Part shown: positions 44,901 to 59,900 of the stretch, in pieces
Numbering within the stretch: the first letter of the stretch is position 1
How the letters are laid out: each line of letters starts with the position of its first letter
DNA from: Ylistrum balloti
Lineage: Eukaryota
Length of the DNA: 64,000 bases
Reading direction: 5' to 3'
Assembly: GCF_031769215.1 (NCBI RefSeq)
Contig: NW_026782195.1
Location: 992,001 to 1,056,000 of the forward strand
Position numbers and translations under genes: made by a program
Notes under the pieces: model-generated
Seen by the model: the letters and a program-made list of their open reading frames with translations, nothing else
Databases searched by the model: none
What the model was told of the DNA's origin: nothing

Positions 44901-47900
44901 ACTGTGACGTGTTAACAGCTTTGGTTAGGCAAGCGCGGTGGTTTTTATCCAGAAATGGAGAATTCACAAAAACGGGAAATTTGAATTTTTACCCTAATTA
45001 TACAGCTTGCTGAAAATCAGTCGTTGTTAGTTTCGTTGTAGGAAAAGATCGTAGTAAATGGCCAACAACTGCAGGAGAGTCTGTCGTGTACTTGACTTCT
45101 AATTCTGGTGAAAATTACGATGGCCATAGTCATAAGTTTCGTTTGTTGTCCGAAAATGAAATTGAAGTACAGGGAAATGCTGAAATTTTTTGTGGTCTGC
45201 TTTGATAACCTCTTCAATAGATTCAGCCNNNNNNNNNNNNNNNNNNNNNNNNNNNNNNNNNNNNNNNNNNNNNNNNNNNNNNNNNNNNNNNNNNNNNNNN
45301 NNNNNNNNNNNNNNNNNNNNNNNNNNNNNNNNNNNNNNNNNNNNNNNNNNNNNNNNNNNATGCTCTGTTGGGAGATCATGCTAATAAAACTTAACGAAGA
45401 TATACTTCCTTAATCAGATCAGCTTTTGCTCTTTGTCAAGAGAATGTTTACGAATGCATTTTTGTGACATGACTGTTGGAAGCATTAGCACATCACGATT
45501 CACCACGTTTAAGACAAAATATTTTTATTATCGTAAGGCTACCTTTATTATAAATGCATAGCCACACAGTCGTCTATGAAAAAAGCATTAACATGTATCA
45601 AGTTCCTTTCGGAAAACGATAATTTATTAAGGACTAGGCGGGCCATTCTTTCTCCTTGCATTTGGTGGTCAGAATATGTTGTCAAAGACATCCTTATTTC
45701 TAAAGAAAATCATCTTAAGATGTAAGCAAGGGAAGAGCATTAGAAATTGAAAGATAATAACGTAAATGGCAGATTCATGTTCAAATTTAATCATCAATAT
45801 TTAGTATATGTCATATATATATATATAAATCTGCGCAATACAGCAGTTTTTACGGCCTGGGAGTGTTCAAAAATATTGGGTGTCGTAAGAGCGGAGAGAA
45901 GAAAGTTTTGAAAATCAACCCAGACTAAACGAATTACAGCATACAGAAAGGGCATTTTACTTGCCCAATTGTTCAGTCAAAGTGATGTTTGTTTGATATA
46001 ATGAATTTAGAAGAACATCAAATATGTGTGCATAATTACAATCGGTGCGTTTAATAATTCAGACGCGACATGCAAGGTTAAGAAAAACTTCTGGGTCTGA
46101 AAAACCAAAAGCGGGTCTAAATACCATATTTTCTTTAAAAGATTTTACAAAGAAAAATAAACTCACATACAAGGATCTAAAACATCCACAAAGTGTGTCC
46201 ATAGAACTCAAACAATCGTTAGGCCTACGTGAAATAGTAAGGATGGTGTTTCATATCTAAATCTCATTACAATAGATAACTTAATAAGTACGTAATCATT
46301 AATCGGAATGATTTTAACGCCTATTTTTAAAAGTGATGCCACAAATTCTGACATATACTATCATTTCAGACTTTGATAAGAGGATGTACCTGATATGAAC
46401 GAGTGAAATCCAACATATGTGATGTCAATCATTTTAAGATGCCGTTAATATGAATAAGCGACATGTAATATGAAAAGTGGCCCATCGTGTGGTTTCTCCC
46501 GTTTACACAACAGTGACAAGTAGATATCGTGGGAAGCTCTACAAAGTTTCGGGCATTACTCGTGTTTGGGTGGAGCGCTTTCGTCAATCTAAGCACGGGA
46601 TAATTCCGATGTTCGCTGTTATAACACGCTCTCGACTTTAACAACTACTTAAAATAGATATTTAAAGGTTTCTGATGAGATCAGGTTCGGAAAAGTGATC
46701 AGTTAACAGAAATAGGAAATGGTCCATGACATGATTTATTGAAAGGTCTTATTTTAGACTGTGTTTCCCATAAATAAGCATTGGTAAACTCGGCGCTGGC
46801 CAGAACAGATATATCACACAGTGGCGTCTTCGTTCCGTCTGACAACAACTGTCTGTCAATAATAGCAATCCTTAGCAACATCAGAAAAGATATTGCATAG
46901 CAGCTAACGGGGATTGCTGTCAGCATCCGCTTGGTAACGTCTCAAATTGAAATCAATTGTACACCATGTAGGTCCTATTGTGAGACTCTAAACTCATTAG
47001 GGAAATGGAATCTCTTGTATGGACTACTTGATCTCGGGACAAAACTTAAAAGAGGCAAAACTGAACATGTATCTTATATACGGGTATCAGCATATATGCT
47101 AATTTTTTTTTGTTGGAAGAGGTTAAGAGTCACTTAAGTATTAAGATTGCTTGATCCTTCAGATCAGGGCAGTTACTGAGATACTTAGGTCAAACAACGC
47201 CATCATTTATAAGTATAGAGGGAAACTATGTCAGTGTACTTAACACTGGACAGCTTGTGATTTTAGCAAACTATTTCATCAGCTGCGGATAAACTAGACC
47301 GTCAGACGGTCACAGCCAAGTTAGACAATTTTAGGAATCCATGTACCTTCGATAATTCTTTAATCCTTATACAGACTTTACTGAAATCTTGCTATACAGC
47401 TATGTTGTACTAGTTATATCACTGTCAGGAGTTGAATATCCTATAGATATACAATGATATCGTATCTATGTGCTACCTAAATAACCGCATTGCTGAGTAA
47501 CAAACATTGTCGGCGGTATTCAAACTTACGACATAATTGTCATATCTTCACCTTTTTACATACTTAACTCTAAGTATGTTACGAACCGTTTAAATGTCTA
47601 TATCTGTGTTATAGATGATGTACACCGTAGCGTCTAAAGAATGTATACCCCCTTACTCGGGTAGCGATCACGACAGTTTACATTCTCTCAACGCTTTGTA
47701 CAAAAGTAAATTTGCTGAACATCTTGTCTTTTATCCTTGTACTTTTCAAGGGTGTCAAAATAAATATGCCTTTTGTTAAAATTTTGCCCTCGGTTTTATA
47801 GATCTTGAGTAAGAATAAGGATATGTTTGCTCGTCGGTAGTCTCTTAGTTTATACCAATGGGTGAATGGGCTTCTTTAAAACAGTTTTGTCCTCAAAGAC

Positions 47901-50900
47901 ACTTTTCATCTTTTTGCGTGTAGCGTGATATGGCATCCAAGGACTAATTCCTAGCCACCTCTGCATAGACCGAATGACATATGTTTCAATGGAGATTGTA
48001 TTACAGATGTAAGATCAGTGGATACGGCAGTGTTTCAATAAGATCAAGGCATGCGTGATAACCATAAAATTTAAAAACACTCTGTCCACTTTCTTACCAT
48101 GACGAACAATGTGATCTGCAATTTGTATCAACATTCATCGACATCCGACTATTGTGTTAATAGTAAAGAAGGTTGAGGAAGCTGACGAGTAAATTTGTTA
48201 TCATGGTATCATTTATAACTCATAAATATAATTTCTTATGAAGTTTGACGTGTTTGATGGTGGTTGTCATGACGTCGTTGTTGCTACTTTAAACTGATAT
48301 TACTTTAAGATTTCGTGGAAACCTGTTTGATCCACCAAATTGAAGTATTTTTAATAATTATTCATTGATAAAACCGAATATGCATTGGTATTGATGATAT
48401 CTTTCAAATATTGTACACAGCATATAATTTAAATACAGTAGAGAAAAAATGTATTTTAACCAAATAAAATCACGATGTTATGTGTCATCTTCGATCTTAC
48501 TGTTTTAGATAAGTCTTAACTAGAATTCATTTTCACCTCTATTTCCTTATCAAATAAGGAACTTGTGATGAACAGGACAAAGCCAAGTGTTGATTCTTTG
48601 ACATTATAATTTGATCACTGCACATAAACGTATCCAGGTCTATATTTTGATTACACGTTTAATTGTTATTAGTTTTTCAAATTCATTTATCAGTTTACTT
48701 CATTTAAGTTATTAATTTCAAAACGTTCCCATTCCTATTTTGGAGGATAAATTTTGCAATGTCATTTATTACAAACGAAAAATTAAGTTTAATTGTTCAT
48801 AATTACATCGATATTGGTCGTTATTAGTGCCTATGACGTTGTTGTATGCTTAACTGAAGCAGATAAATGGCCGATTTAGAGAATTAAGGTAACTGCCATC
48901 ACTGTGGTTTCTAATTCCTGGTGCGATGCTATTGTCGTTTATTGATTGTAATCCCAAATGTTTCACGTAAAATATTGATTCTGAAATCCCAATGAAAGCA
49001 TGTTGCATTTACATCTTACCTGGTAGGTTTATCAAAGTCCAGGTGATGTAAACCATCTATTCACTTATTTAAAGATAGGTTAGTTTTCAAAGTATTTGTT
49101 TCATACCTTAGATATTGTTCTCTCTATTCTTATATTCTTACTTTCTGCCATTTCAATAATTCTAAAAAAAACTGTACTCAGTGTTAAAAAGAACAGCGTC
49201 TTCATCCCTAACTTTCGATATAAGATTGTTTTGTCCTTCGTCATTAGTTGCTAAGTACCCTCTTGTAAAATCATTGTCTCACCACTTGACAACTAACATT
49301 CGCTTCTATCGGGTCTGCCGGATGTGACCAAGTATAGTGATTACTCTAGGTCTCTATACAAACGCTTGTTAGTTTAGAATTTAATACCGGATGGCCTGCT
49401 GTTACAATACAAAGCTGTTTCATCACCAATACATCAGGGTTCTCTGTACATGGATTAACGGTCAACCTCTTAGTTAAAACATCCCCGGCGCCAAATTCTA
49501 CTCAAACGGGTTGAATTTGTTTAAAGAGTCAGACCCACTCCGTTATATATATTTTTTCATATTTTATTGACTGGAAATGTTGTTGTATACTAATAGATAA
49601 TATATAAATAAAGACTTGTATAAAGTTTCGAACTTGGAATTGAAAGTATACCGGAGATATCGGTGCCGGAATTAGTCTCATTAATCAACACCAGGATATG
49701 AATATTGATGAGAAAAGTCACGTGATACGTTCAGACGCGGTCAGAACGAAAACAAAAATGGAGGAAGAGGTGAGCAACACGTCCATGTGGCATCGCTTGT
49801 AAATAGATTTTACCGATAAATGCAATCAATACTCTATATGTCCTGTATTGAAATCATCTAGCGTATGTATAGGTCACATCTTTCAATGCTTAAGTATGAC
49901 ACAAAAACGTGCATATTACGAGAAAAACTACGATTAATTGCAAAGAGGCCCTCAAATGGGGGCTGCGATACGGCAACGAACATGTAGAACATCACGAAAT
50001 GGATCTATCTAAGGCAAATATTCGATGATAAGAGTATTTGTGAATATTATTTTAGAGTGGAACTACACGAGAGAGCCAAACAGAGAGCGATACAGAGTAT
50101 GAACCAGTCGGTCGGGGCGCGGAGCAAGAGGAAGAACGTCAATACACGTTTTCTTCCCCGCTTCTCTCGCATGCTTTCTGCTATGTTGGAAGACGGCATA
50201 TTTATTTACAGTTCTTTGCGCATGCATCCGAGGTTAGGACTTCCCGCATAATTATGAATTAGCACTGAGTCGTTTAAAATTCTTTTTAAAAACTGTTTAT
50301 TACGTTAGATTGGTAGCGATTTACTTTAAAATTGTGGTATTACAGTGTTAGAACTACCCGAGAAAATAGAAAATCAATGATTTTTTTAGATATGAAATAA
50401 TATCGGTCGAGGAGTGGCTCTTTGACTCCCAGGTGACATATCTCAAGTCACGTGACACCTTGCTTAAATCAGGGTTAGGATTGTCAATCAGGGTAGTTCC
50501 ACAGATGTTGACCTCAGACACTGACAGAACTTCAGATCATTAATCAGGATAATTATTGTATATATAATTCAGCATATTAACAGCCTACACAGGTGGTAAC
50601 ATATATCGTCTTTAAGTTATCACTTTGTATCGGACTACTCGACCTAAACGATATATTGGTGATTAGTATGTGTGTCTGTGACGAGTGAGCGTGATATATA
50701 CTTGTACATCGGAGACATCTGTATGTGACAACTCAATTAGATATTCAGATGTTATCAGTGTTGTTTTGTGAATTCTGTAAAAGGATTAAGTAAACGCTAG
50801 ATACTGAGCTCGGTAGACAAGTGAATTGAATCAGTGGCTTAAATTCTGATACACAGGAATAAGATACTGTATGAACAAGTAACTGAATTCCTATATTGAA

Positions 50901-53900
50901 GATCGTAAAATCCTTATTGCCAAACTTAAAGGTCTGCATTGAGATAAGCAGATTTTTGTGTTTCTGTTAAGTGCAGTGATATTAAAGAAATACATCTTCA
51001 ACCAACTGCGTCCTGACGTTCTGTATACATAAGTATAGAATCGACAGCGGTAAATCACACGAGAGCACGCGAGGAGCACTGATAATGAAGTAGATAGGGA
51101 CAAAGTAATAGAAAGTTATCAGTCGTGTTCAATAAACACGGTCTTTATATACATTTTAACATAAGTTGGCAGCAAAGGACCGGGCTAGTCCATCTAAAGC
51201 TACCAAGGTCAAACAGATGATAATGGAAAATGGAACAGTCCATATTTTCCGTAACGAATAGTTTAACTCATTTGTTTCACAATGAAAGGTTGAATTCAGT
51301 GTTTTCAGATGTTGTCATGCTTCCAAAAGGCGGTTTTATCGCGATATGACGATCATTAATATCTTATGATAGAATTATGGTGTATTTACATATTAATTAT
51401 AGAGCGGCGTAATGTTGAACAGGACACTCCGAAGGTTAGTACAGGATACAGGGATTACAAAATTAAAAAATACACCAGCACCAGAAAATTTCGCTGGTAA
51501 AATGAAAACAAAGATAGATAATAAAATGTCCTTAATAAGAACAGCTACAACTAGGGCACTTACCTAACATATACAGCAAGTTTTACGAAATTGAGTCAAA
51601 CAGTTTTAAAGTTATATCCCGGAAAAGCCCTCGGATGGACACACGCACGAAAGGACGGACGGAGCCTAAATTAATACCCTCCACAAACGCGTTTCGAGGG
51701 GGTAATTATGATATGGCATATCATTATTCCGTAGATATACATCTTTGTTTTGATCCCTGTGTGGTGCAGCCTTGTATATGGTAACAGTTCCTCATTTGTA
51801 CTCCAATGGGAAATAATGATCGAAAGAAACTTAAAAAAATATTCATTTATAATCATTTTACCATGTCACGAGGGCCGATAATAAGATGTGAATCTTTTAT
51901 TGAAGAAAAAAGGCAGGGATGTCCTATTTCATCACTACTTTTCAGTGATTATTTAAGGCTGTGTACCCGAAGACTGGTGTCATTTCGTCAGTTTATGTTT
52001 AAAGTAAACAAGTGAACTGACTTTTGCAAAATTGACAAAATTGTTGAATGAGCAGTGATTCTATATTTGCATAAGAAAGGTCTAGCACCTAAATATATTC
52101 GTACACTTTCATCAAAAATGCACAGGTAAATATTGCTAATTTAAATATCTCACAGGTAAAGAATAAAAAGAAATATTTCTTTTTGACAATATTGTTGGCG
52201 TGTTTCTGATTCTATATCTTTGTAAACAAAGGCGCAGAGATGTGAGCTATTTCTCTCTCGCTAGACTTATACTGTACATATATATCGGGTTTTATAGAAA
52301 GCATTATCACATTCAACAGCTCACAGTCATAGAGCGTCAACTTTTTAGTATGCATTAAATATTGTAATAATCTTATACATTCCTTGGAATGCAAATATCC
52401 ATTAACCAGCCTCCAAAACCTGCATTTTATCTTCTTATGAAATCTGACTCGGTACAATGCTATCACTTTATCTGGACATCTACACGTAAAACCCCAAGTA
52501 TTTCTGGTAATCATAATTAAAGCTATCAGAAATGTAAATTTTATCTGTAGACATACTTCTGGTATGTAATTAATGAAAAAAATGCATCAAATTTGATAAT
52601 ACGTATAAGATATATTTTACGGAACTTGAGTAATTTCTAATCTAAATAGTTCCGTCAGCTCACGTACACGATAAATTTCTGTATCTTCTGACAGCATCAA
52701 CAACTCCCTTTTTGAGGTTAAATGAATTTGATTCATGATAAGTATATAATCTAAACGATAAAGTGACCAGGTTTGCATTGGTATAATGGTATAATGATTG
52801 TACGAATACCAGTTACCACATTGGAAGTACGACCCGGGTAATAATGGAAAAGGCGTTAGAGTACTGGGCACCATCGCATTGTAAGCTTTGTAAGGATATA
52901 AGTTACCATGGCGACAGCAAGCGTTGCAAGGTGCTAGTTAGCAAGGTGATAGAGTGAGCGTTGTAAGTTCAATAGTTTCCATGGTGACATTGTGAACGTT
53001 GTAAGAGTCCTAGTTACCATGGTGATGGTTTGGCCCTTATAAAGGTACCAGTTACCATAGAGACTGTGCGAGCGTTGTACAGATACTAGTTACCATGGTG
53101 ACAGTGTAAGGATACTGGTTACTACTAGATACGAGCCTTGTTAAAAGGTTACGAAATTAAAAGTATTTATCATGTCTCCATGCTGTTGGTATGTCTTACA
53201 TATTGTTCTCGTGAAATCGGCTATTTTATACAACTTGATGGGCATATCCTATAGTACATTGTTGCCATGTGTAGCAGGATTTACTAGAAAAATACCAGTG
53301 TGACACTTTTCAAATTCCGCTGCCATGTTATATGGGATTAACGTGTCGGACTTTTGCTCAGAAAAAATATGTGGTATTGTATCATGTCTGTCGGTGGCCT
53401 TGTGTCCTGTCATATCAGTTCTGCATTTGTCTTCTTCTGTTGTCGCATCATGTAACCCCAGTCTTGTCAGCCACGACCGACACTGGTCACATGACTGCTG
53501 ACCCCTGCTGGTCACATGATAAATTAAAGAAAACACGGGGTTATATTCCACTTAATTATATGTTACAGACGTTCATAGAATTTAAATTTGTACCTTGCCA
53601 GCTGGACAAATAGATCGCATATCTGCTATTTCTGGAAGTTATTTTGGAGGTATGAGTAACACTTAGATAGATAAAGGGTTAATAAAACCGCGTATCTCCC
53701 TCAAATTATGCTGTTTTAGTGGATTACCTTCACATATCACTTACAATTCTTACATCTGTTTAAACACTCTCCATAATCCTTGCCTAAACGTTTACACACT
53801 TAAACATAAATGTTAGAATTTCTCGCAAGTTATCCTCTGAAATGTGTGCAGGGTCTTTTGTAGCTTAAATTGTAAGAAACATGTAAATGATATAATTAAT

Positions 53901-56900
53901 CAATATTAGGTACATAATAATATAAATACATACAAAATGAAATAAGAATGAGTCACGTGCTCACTATTGTGGCATCACCGATTTCATGCTACGTTGCTGT
54001 CGCTTTCTATTAACACATTTGTCTGATCGATATGGGTTTCTCGTCCTCGCAGTAATTTACATGACATGAAGACATCGTACATTATGGCATTGCTCAAGAA
54101 AATCTTATAGCGCAATCATACTGAAATTTTGAGCAAAATGCTCTCGCCAGTGCTATGGATGGATGATGTAGCAATGGGTACATCATTCATATATTTGTTA
54201 TGTATTGATACTAGATACAATTCTTAAATTATATTGTCATTGCGATTTATGAACTGTATTCTCTATCTTTAAAATACAACAAAAACAGACATAAAACAAA
54301 CAAAAACGCAATATATTGACAATAAAACTGTTGTTTTCAAGACAATGACACTTTTGGGATATTTGGTAAATCGGCATTGTTCTTCAATTGGCATTGCTTC
54401 AAATTGCGAGCCAAATATCATATTTGGACTGTTGATTCCAGAATTCTAACAAGGGTTATTGTTTTGAAGGAGAACGTGTTTTATAGGACATCACAGCTAA
54501 ACGTCTGTTGCTTGACCTTCAGTTTAAATAAAGTCAATTCCTTTCGCACTGAAGTTTTCATATAGAATAAAGGCAGCAAACTTACTGCCTAGTTACAAAT
54601 CAAATCTGTACAAGGGAAAATTAATTCGATGTTTAATCAAGATTGTGATAATAACGTGTAAGAAGAGACACTATGCCTCCATGCTGTTTACTGTTTACTC
54701 CTAACAACAATAACAAAGACTTTATTACATACGCCTTTGTGGATTATGTTACATGATGGTGATAAGCACGTGTAACGAAGGTAATCAACCCATTAAAGAG
54801 CTTGATGACGTTAACCAAGCAAGACTAATTCATAAGTAATCATATTATCATTTAGAAGTCTGAAGTGGCAGACCAATTCTAAATCTGCCCTAAAACAATT
54901 TTACCTCGTGCTAAATTAGACTTGTATGTCTGTTGTCTCGTTCTACGCTTAAAGACCAGCATATTTTCAGTAGTCTGTTTATGTATGGTGTAAGATAAGG
55001 TAGATCAAGGCTTACGTAAAATAGTAAGTGTGGGGCAAGACGGAGCCATGTTTAACGTCAAGTGTCGTATCATTGTATTACGGTGTACCGCTGGGGTCAC
55101 CAGGTGAATCCCATTAGTGCAACAACACGATTGGTGTTTAAGGATGGATCAATATTATCCCTTTTCTAAAGAATCACAGATGTCAGAGTCTACCCCTGTG
55201 GGCTAAATGATATATAATTACATAGTTTTAGGCAGATTATGAATATTCACAATTATCTTGTTGTTTACACTGATATATTTATCTTTTACTTAAACAGTCT
55301 CAGTTAGATTATGAATATTGATTAATTAATTACGTAATCTTATTTATCATTCAATTATGTACTGATATGTCATATCTAATCTCGTATATTTTTTATAATT
55401 ATCTTAATATCACCGAATCTTCATTGAAGGGACATTTCTGTAAAACATTAATTTTATTATTTTTTTATATATACTTCCAGTTTCGTTTCAATTCTATCCC
55501 GTTATTCACAGTCGATCTCAAATGTCCAGCTTGAATACTTCTTTGGTTCGGGAAACTCCGATCAAACATAGCGCTGGTAAAGTCACGCGGTAGTTTAAAA
55601 ACGAGACAGTTCATTTTGTAAACACGAACACATGATGGCGGGCAGAAATGACAGCGACAGTACAGACACAGTCAGTAAAATCCCGTTTTTCAGCAACGGA
55701 TTTTTTTATGGGTATGGAAAATGTTATTTTATAACTCTAATTCAATTCTGAATTACGAACCAGATGTCATTAATCGCCATTTTCGGGACCGATTCAGACA
55801 GATAGCCATTTTAGCTTACAGGATACGGTTTTGTGCGCATGCGTTATCATATATGACGCAAAAAATTAACATATTCAGACTGTTGATCAAGAGATAAGGA
55901 TTTTTTTTCTAGAAGTTTTAATTAATTTCTTTCTGTGTATATTTCAGTGAAAACTGTCATTGTTCTTAAGGCGATACACTTGATACAGATATGCAATGAT
56001 AAAAAAAAAATAATTTAAAAAATCGTTTTACCGCGATGTTGCTTTCGTGTTTTCGTTTGATAAGCAAAATTACTCTGAGACATGAGCCCATTCATGTGGT
56101 AACATACTCATCATGGTTTGTGATATGTTAAAATTGACAGCGTTAAGAAGTCATAAAAACGGACCTTCACTTTCGAAATAAAGCAGATGATGGTGAAGGC
56201 GTGGAGTTGAGTTTATCAAACATGTAATACTTGATGATAAGTTACACAACCCATATTATGACACTTATGTCAAACTAAAGGTTATCTGCTCGACGTCATC
56301 GTTCATTTGGGGGAGTGGGAATTTTGTCGCGAGCTGGATGACGTATTGGGTAGAGGAGGAAAAGGATAAAGTAGAAAAAGACATTTCCAAACGATGGTTG
56401 AAACGGAGAATGAAATGACACGTGAAGGAGGAATAGGTACTTTAGGGAATGAAAATATTGAAAAAAAAATGTTATTAGAGAAAAGAATGAGAAAACGTTG
56501 GGTGTTGTATATGAGCGACTTATGCTAACATATCGATTCGAGACAGGATGCGCACAGGAGGGATGACATTCATTTCAGGGAAGAAGAGAAAATGGACTGA
56601 AAAGGCTTTACTATTTAGGAATTGAAATACTGTTTATTACAGAACTTGACAAAAAAGAAAAACAGATGTATACTACTTAAACTCACGCACGTGAAAAACA
56701 GGTTCACATCAGCGTTTATGTATTCGACGGCGACTAATCTTAAAATTTAATAGCATTGTACAAGAAATATTGTAATAACTGGGGTTTTTTTTCTGTGTCA
56801 CATATGAAAACAGCTTTCTTTATCAACATTACAAAACCTCTTACATTACATAATGAATACAAACTGTAACCCGAGACCGTGATGTGAATTAACACACGCC

Positions 56901-59900
56901 GTCATACATATTTATAGACCTCCTAACGGTTCTTATCACACCACAGTAATATGTAACCATCTTAAACATACCTTTTTTGATGTTATCACCATAATGTCCT
57001 CAGTCTGCAAGACTTCACACGTAGTAAATAGAAAATGTCTGGTGACAGATGATGATGGAGAGGACGCAAGATGAGAGATGACTAATAGAGGATGTCTGAT
57101 GAGAGATAATTATATAGAGAATGTCAGATGAGAGATGCCTATATAGAGGATGTCTGATGAGAGATTATTATATAGAGGATGTCTGAGGAGAGAGATTATA
57201 TATGTATATGAGAGGTATAGAGAATGTCTGATGAGATGATTATATAGAGAATGTCTGATGAGAGATAATTATATAGAGAATGTCAGATGAGAGATGCCTA
57301 TATAGAGGATGTCTGATGAGAGATTATTATATAGAGGATGTCTGAGGAGAGATGATTATATAGAGGATGTATGATGAGAGATGATTGTATAGAGAATGTC
57401 TGATGAGATGATTATATAGAGAATGTCTGATGAGATGATTATATAGAGAATGTCAGATGTGAGAGATGATTATATAGAAGATGTCTGAGAGATGGTTATA
57501 TAGAGAATGTCTGAGGAGAGATGGTAATATAGAGGATGTCTAAGGAGAGATGATTATATAGGGGATGTCTGATGAGAGATGATTATATAAAGAATGTCTG
57601 AGGAGGGATGATAACATAGAGAATGTCTGAGGAGAGATGGTAATACAGAGGATGTCTAAGGAGAGATGATTATATAGGGGATGCCTGGTGAGAGATGGTA
57701 ATATAGAGGATGTCTGATGAGAGATGATTATATAGAGGATGTCTGATGAGAGATGATTATATAGAGGATGTCTGATGAGAGATGATTATATAGAGGATGT
57801 CTGATGAGAGATGATTGTATAGAGAATGTCTGAGAGATGGTTATATAGAGAATGTCTGAGGAGAGATGATTATATAGAGGATGTCTGATGAGAGATGATT
57901 ATATAGAGGATGTCTGAGGAGAGATGATTATATAGAGGATGTCTGATGAGAGATGATTATATAGAGGATGTCTGATGAGAGATGATTGTATAGAGAATGT
58001 CTGATGAGAGATGATTATATAGAGAGTGTCAGATGAGAGATGATTAAATAGAGAATATCTGATGAGAGATGGTTATATAGAGAATGTCTGAGGAGAGAAG
58101 GTTATATAGAGGATGTCTGATGAGAGATGATTATATAGAGGATGTCTAAGGAGAGATGATTATATAGAGAATGTCTGATGAGAGATGATTATATAGAGAA
58201 TGTCTGATGAGAGATGATTATATAGAGAATGTCAGATGTGAGAGATGATTTTTAAGGAAATATCAGGTGAGATATACTTAAACGGAGAATGTCTGATGCT
58301 GCGACCGATGATTTTTAGAAAATGTCCGATGATATGTGATAATGTAGTCTAGACATGCGATTGTACTACAATATATGACAATGTGATCGGAGGTGTTATC
58401 TTAAGCCAATAAAGTTGGTACAAGCGGTATGGAGTCCGGGTGATTATTCCCGGAATTTAATGATGTCTCGCGTTTTCCACTCGTCTAGACACTGTCTCCT
58501 GTTACTTTCATCTCATTCTCAGGTAGATATTATAGAATGTGGAGTTTATTTACACGGGTACAAGAGCACCCGTCAAGTATTCTCCTCCACACAGGGACAC
58601 AGAGGTTTACATGACAAGAAGATATCTCGTGTTATTAACATAACGTGACATTAACATAACGGGTATATGTTTCTGTCACATAAGGTAGGCATTATTCAAC
58701 TCCCAAGGCATCAATTAATCATTCAGACTGTTACACAAACATGTAAGCTGTACCGCGTGTGATGTAACAGTAAGCATGTTTTGATTGGCTAACAGGATGA
58801 ATTTTGACCGAATAGGACGCTTCACGCACTCATGCAGATTAAAACTAGCAAGATATAGTTCTCAATAATTTTTGTAACAATTAGATTTTTCTTGAAGATT
58901 CAAAGTAAATCGTTTCTCGTTGTAATTTGTAATGAGTTGCAATATTTCGATATGTTTCTGAAACTGTCAGTTTTGAATATGAATTAGCAGCATTTCACTA
59001 AAGATCATATTACTGCGCCCCAATTGATGAGGTAAACAAACCACACGTATTCATGGGTCCATTAAACTTCGTAATAGTTTTTTTATTGTCGTAGAAACAG
59101 GTGACACAAACTCGTGGTCGGGGTATATGGTATAGTTTCACTCTCGTGAGTTATGTTCCCAAAAGTTATAAAACACTTTCTAAAGCTCGTGTGTTTGGTA
59201 ACTGGAGTGAAAGAAATATCACATACCACAACCATACGTTGTGTAACCACTGTTTATATCACGAGAAGTAGTATTTGACTGCTTGTAAAGATACGACTTT
59301 ATTACCTAAGTTATGTAATAAATGCATGGCTAACAAATGTTTTTAACATAGAGACGACCAGCGACAAAGTTTGCAAGAACCGTATATTTTTATCGTAACT
59401 GTTTTTAAAATCCCAAAAAATACACCTGCTCGTCGCTATAATTCCAGGATATCCGCCAATCTCCATGTGCCAGCTGCAAATGTTTGCACGAAGACGCTGA
59501 TTCAGCGACAATATTTGAATAATTAAACCTATAGTTGCTAAAATATGATACCAATAAATTGGAAGACCATCACCTAAATGTCAAAGGTCAACACAGAATG
59601 TATTCATTCTCAGCTACAGGGAACATAATTCTATATTTGGAAACGAGGCTATGTACCATTTCTTTTTAGAATTTGCATGATAAAATCATTCTGAATCCCA
59701 GCGAAAGGCTACATAAAATTTTCTGCCGTGGTCTATCTCCAACACCACTTATCACCTGTACTTCGTACTTTGGGCATGTGTCAAAAGTAGGTCACCCTGA
59801 CCTACATTTTGACCTTTGACCTTTTTTCTTGGCTCGTTCTCCTACATTATAAGTCACTGGAACTTCAGATTTGGTGAATGGGTTCACCTCGCTGAGGCGG

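Noticed and set aside
57070-58255. Repeated CTGATGAG as hammerhead ribozyme cores (also 46676 and minus-strand hits near 7970 and 33885)
   Set aside because: No paired stem II followed by GAAA, and no stems I/III.
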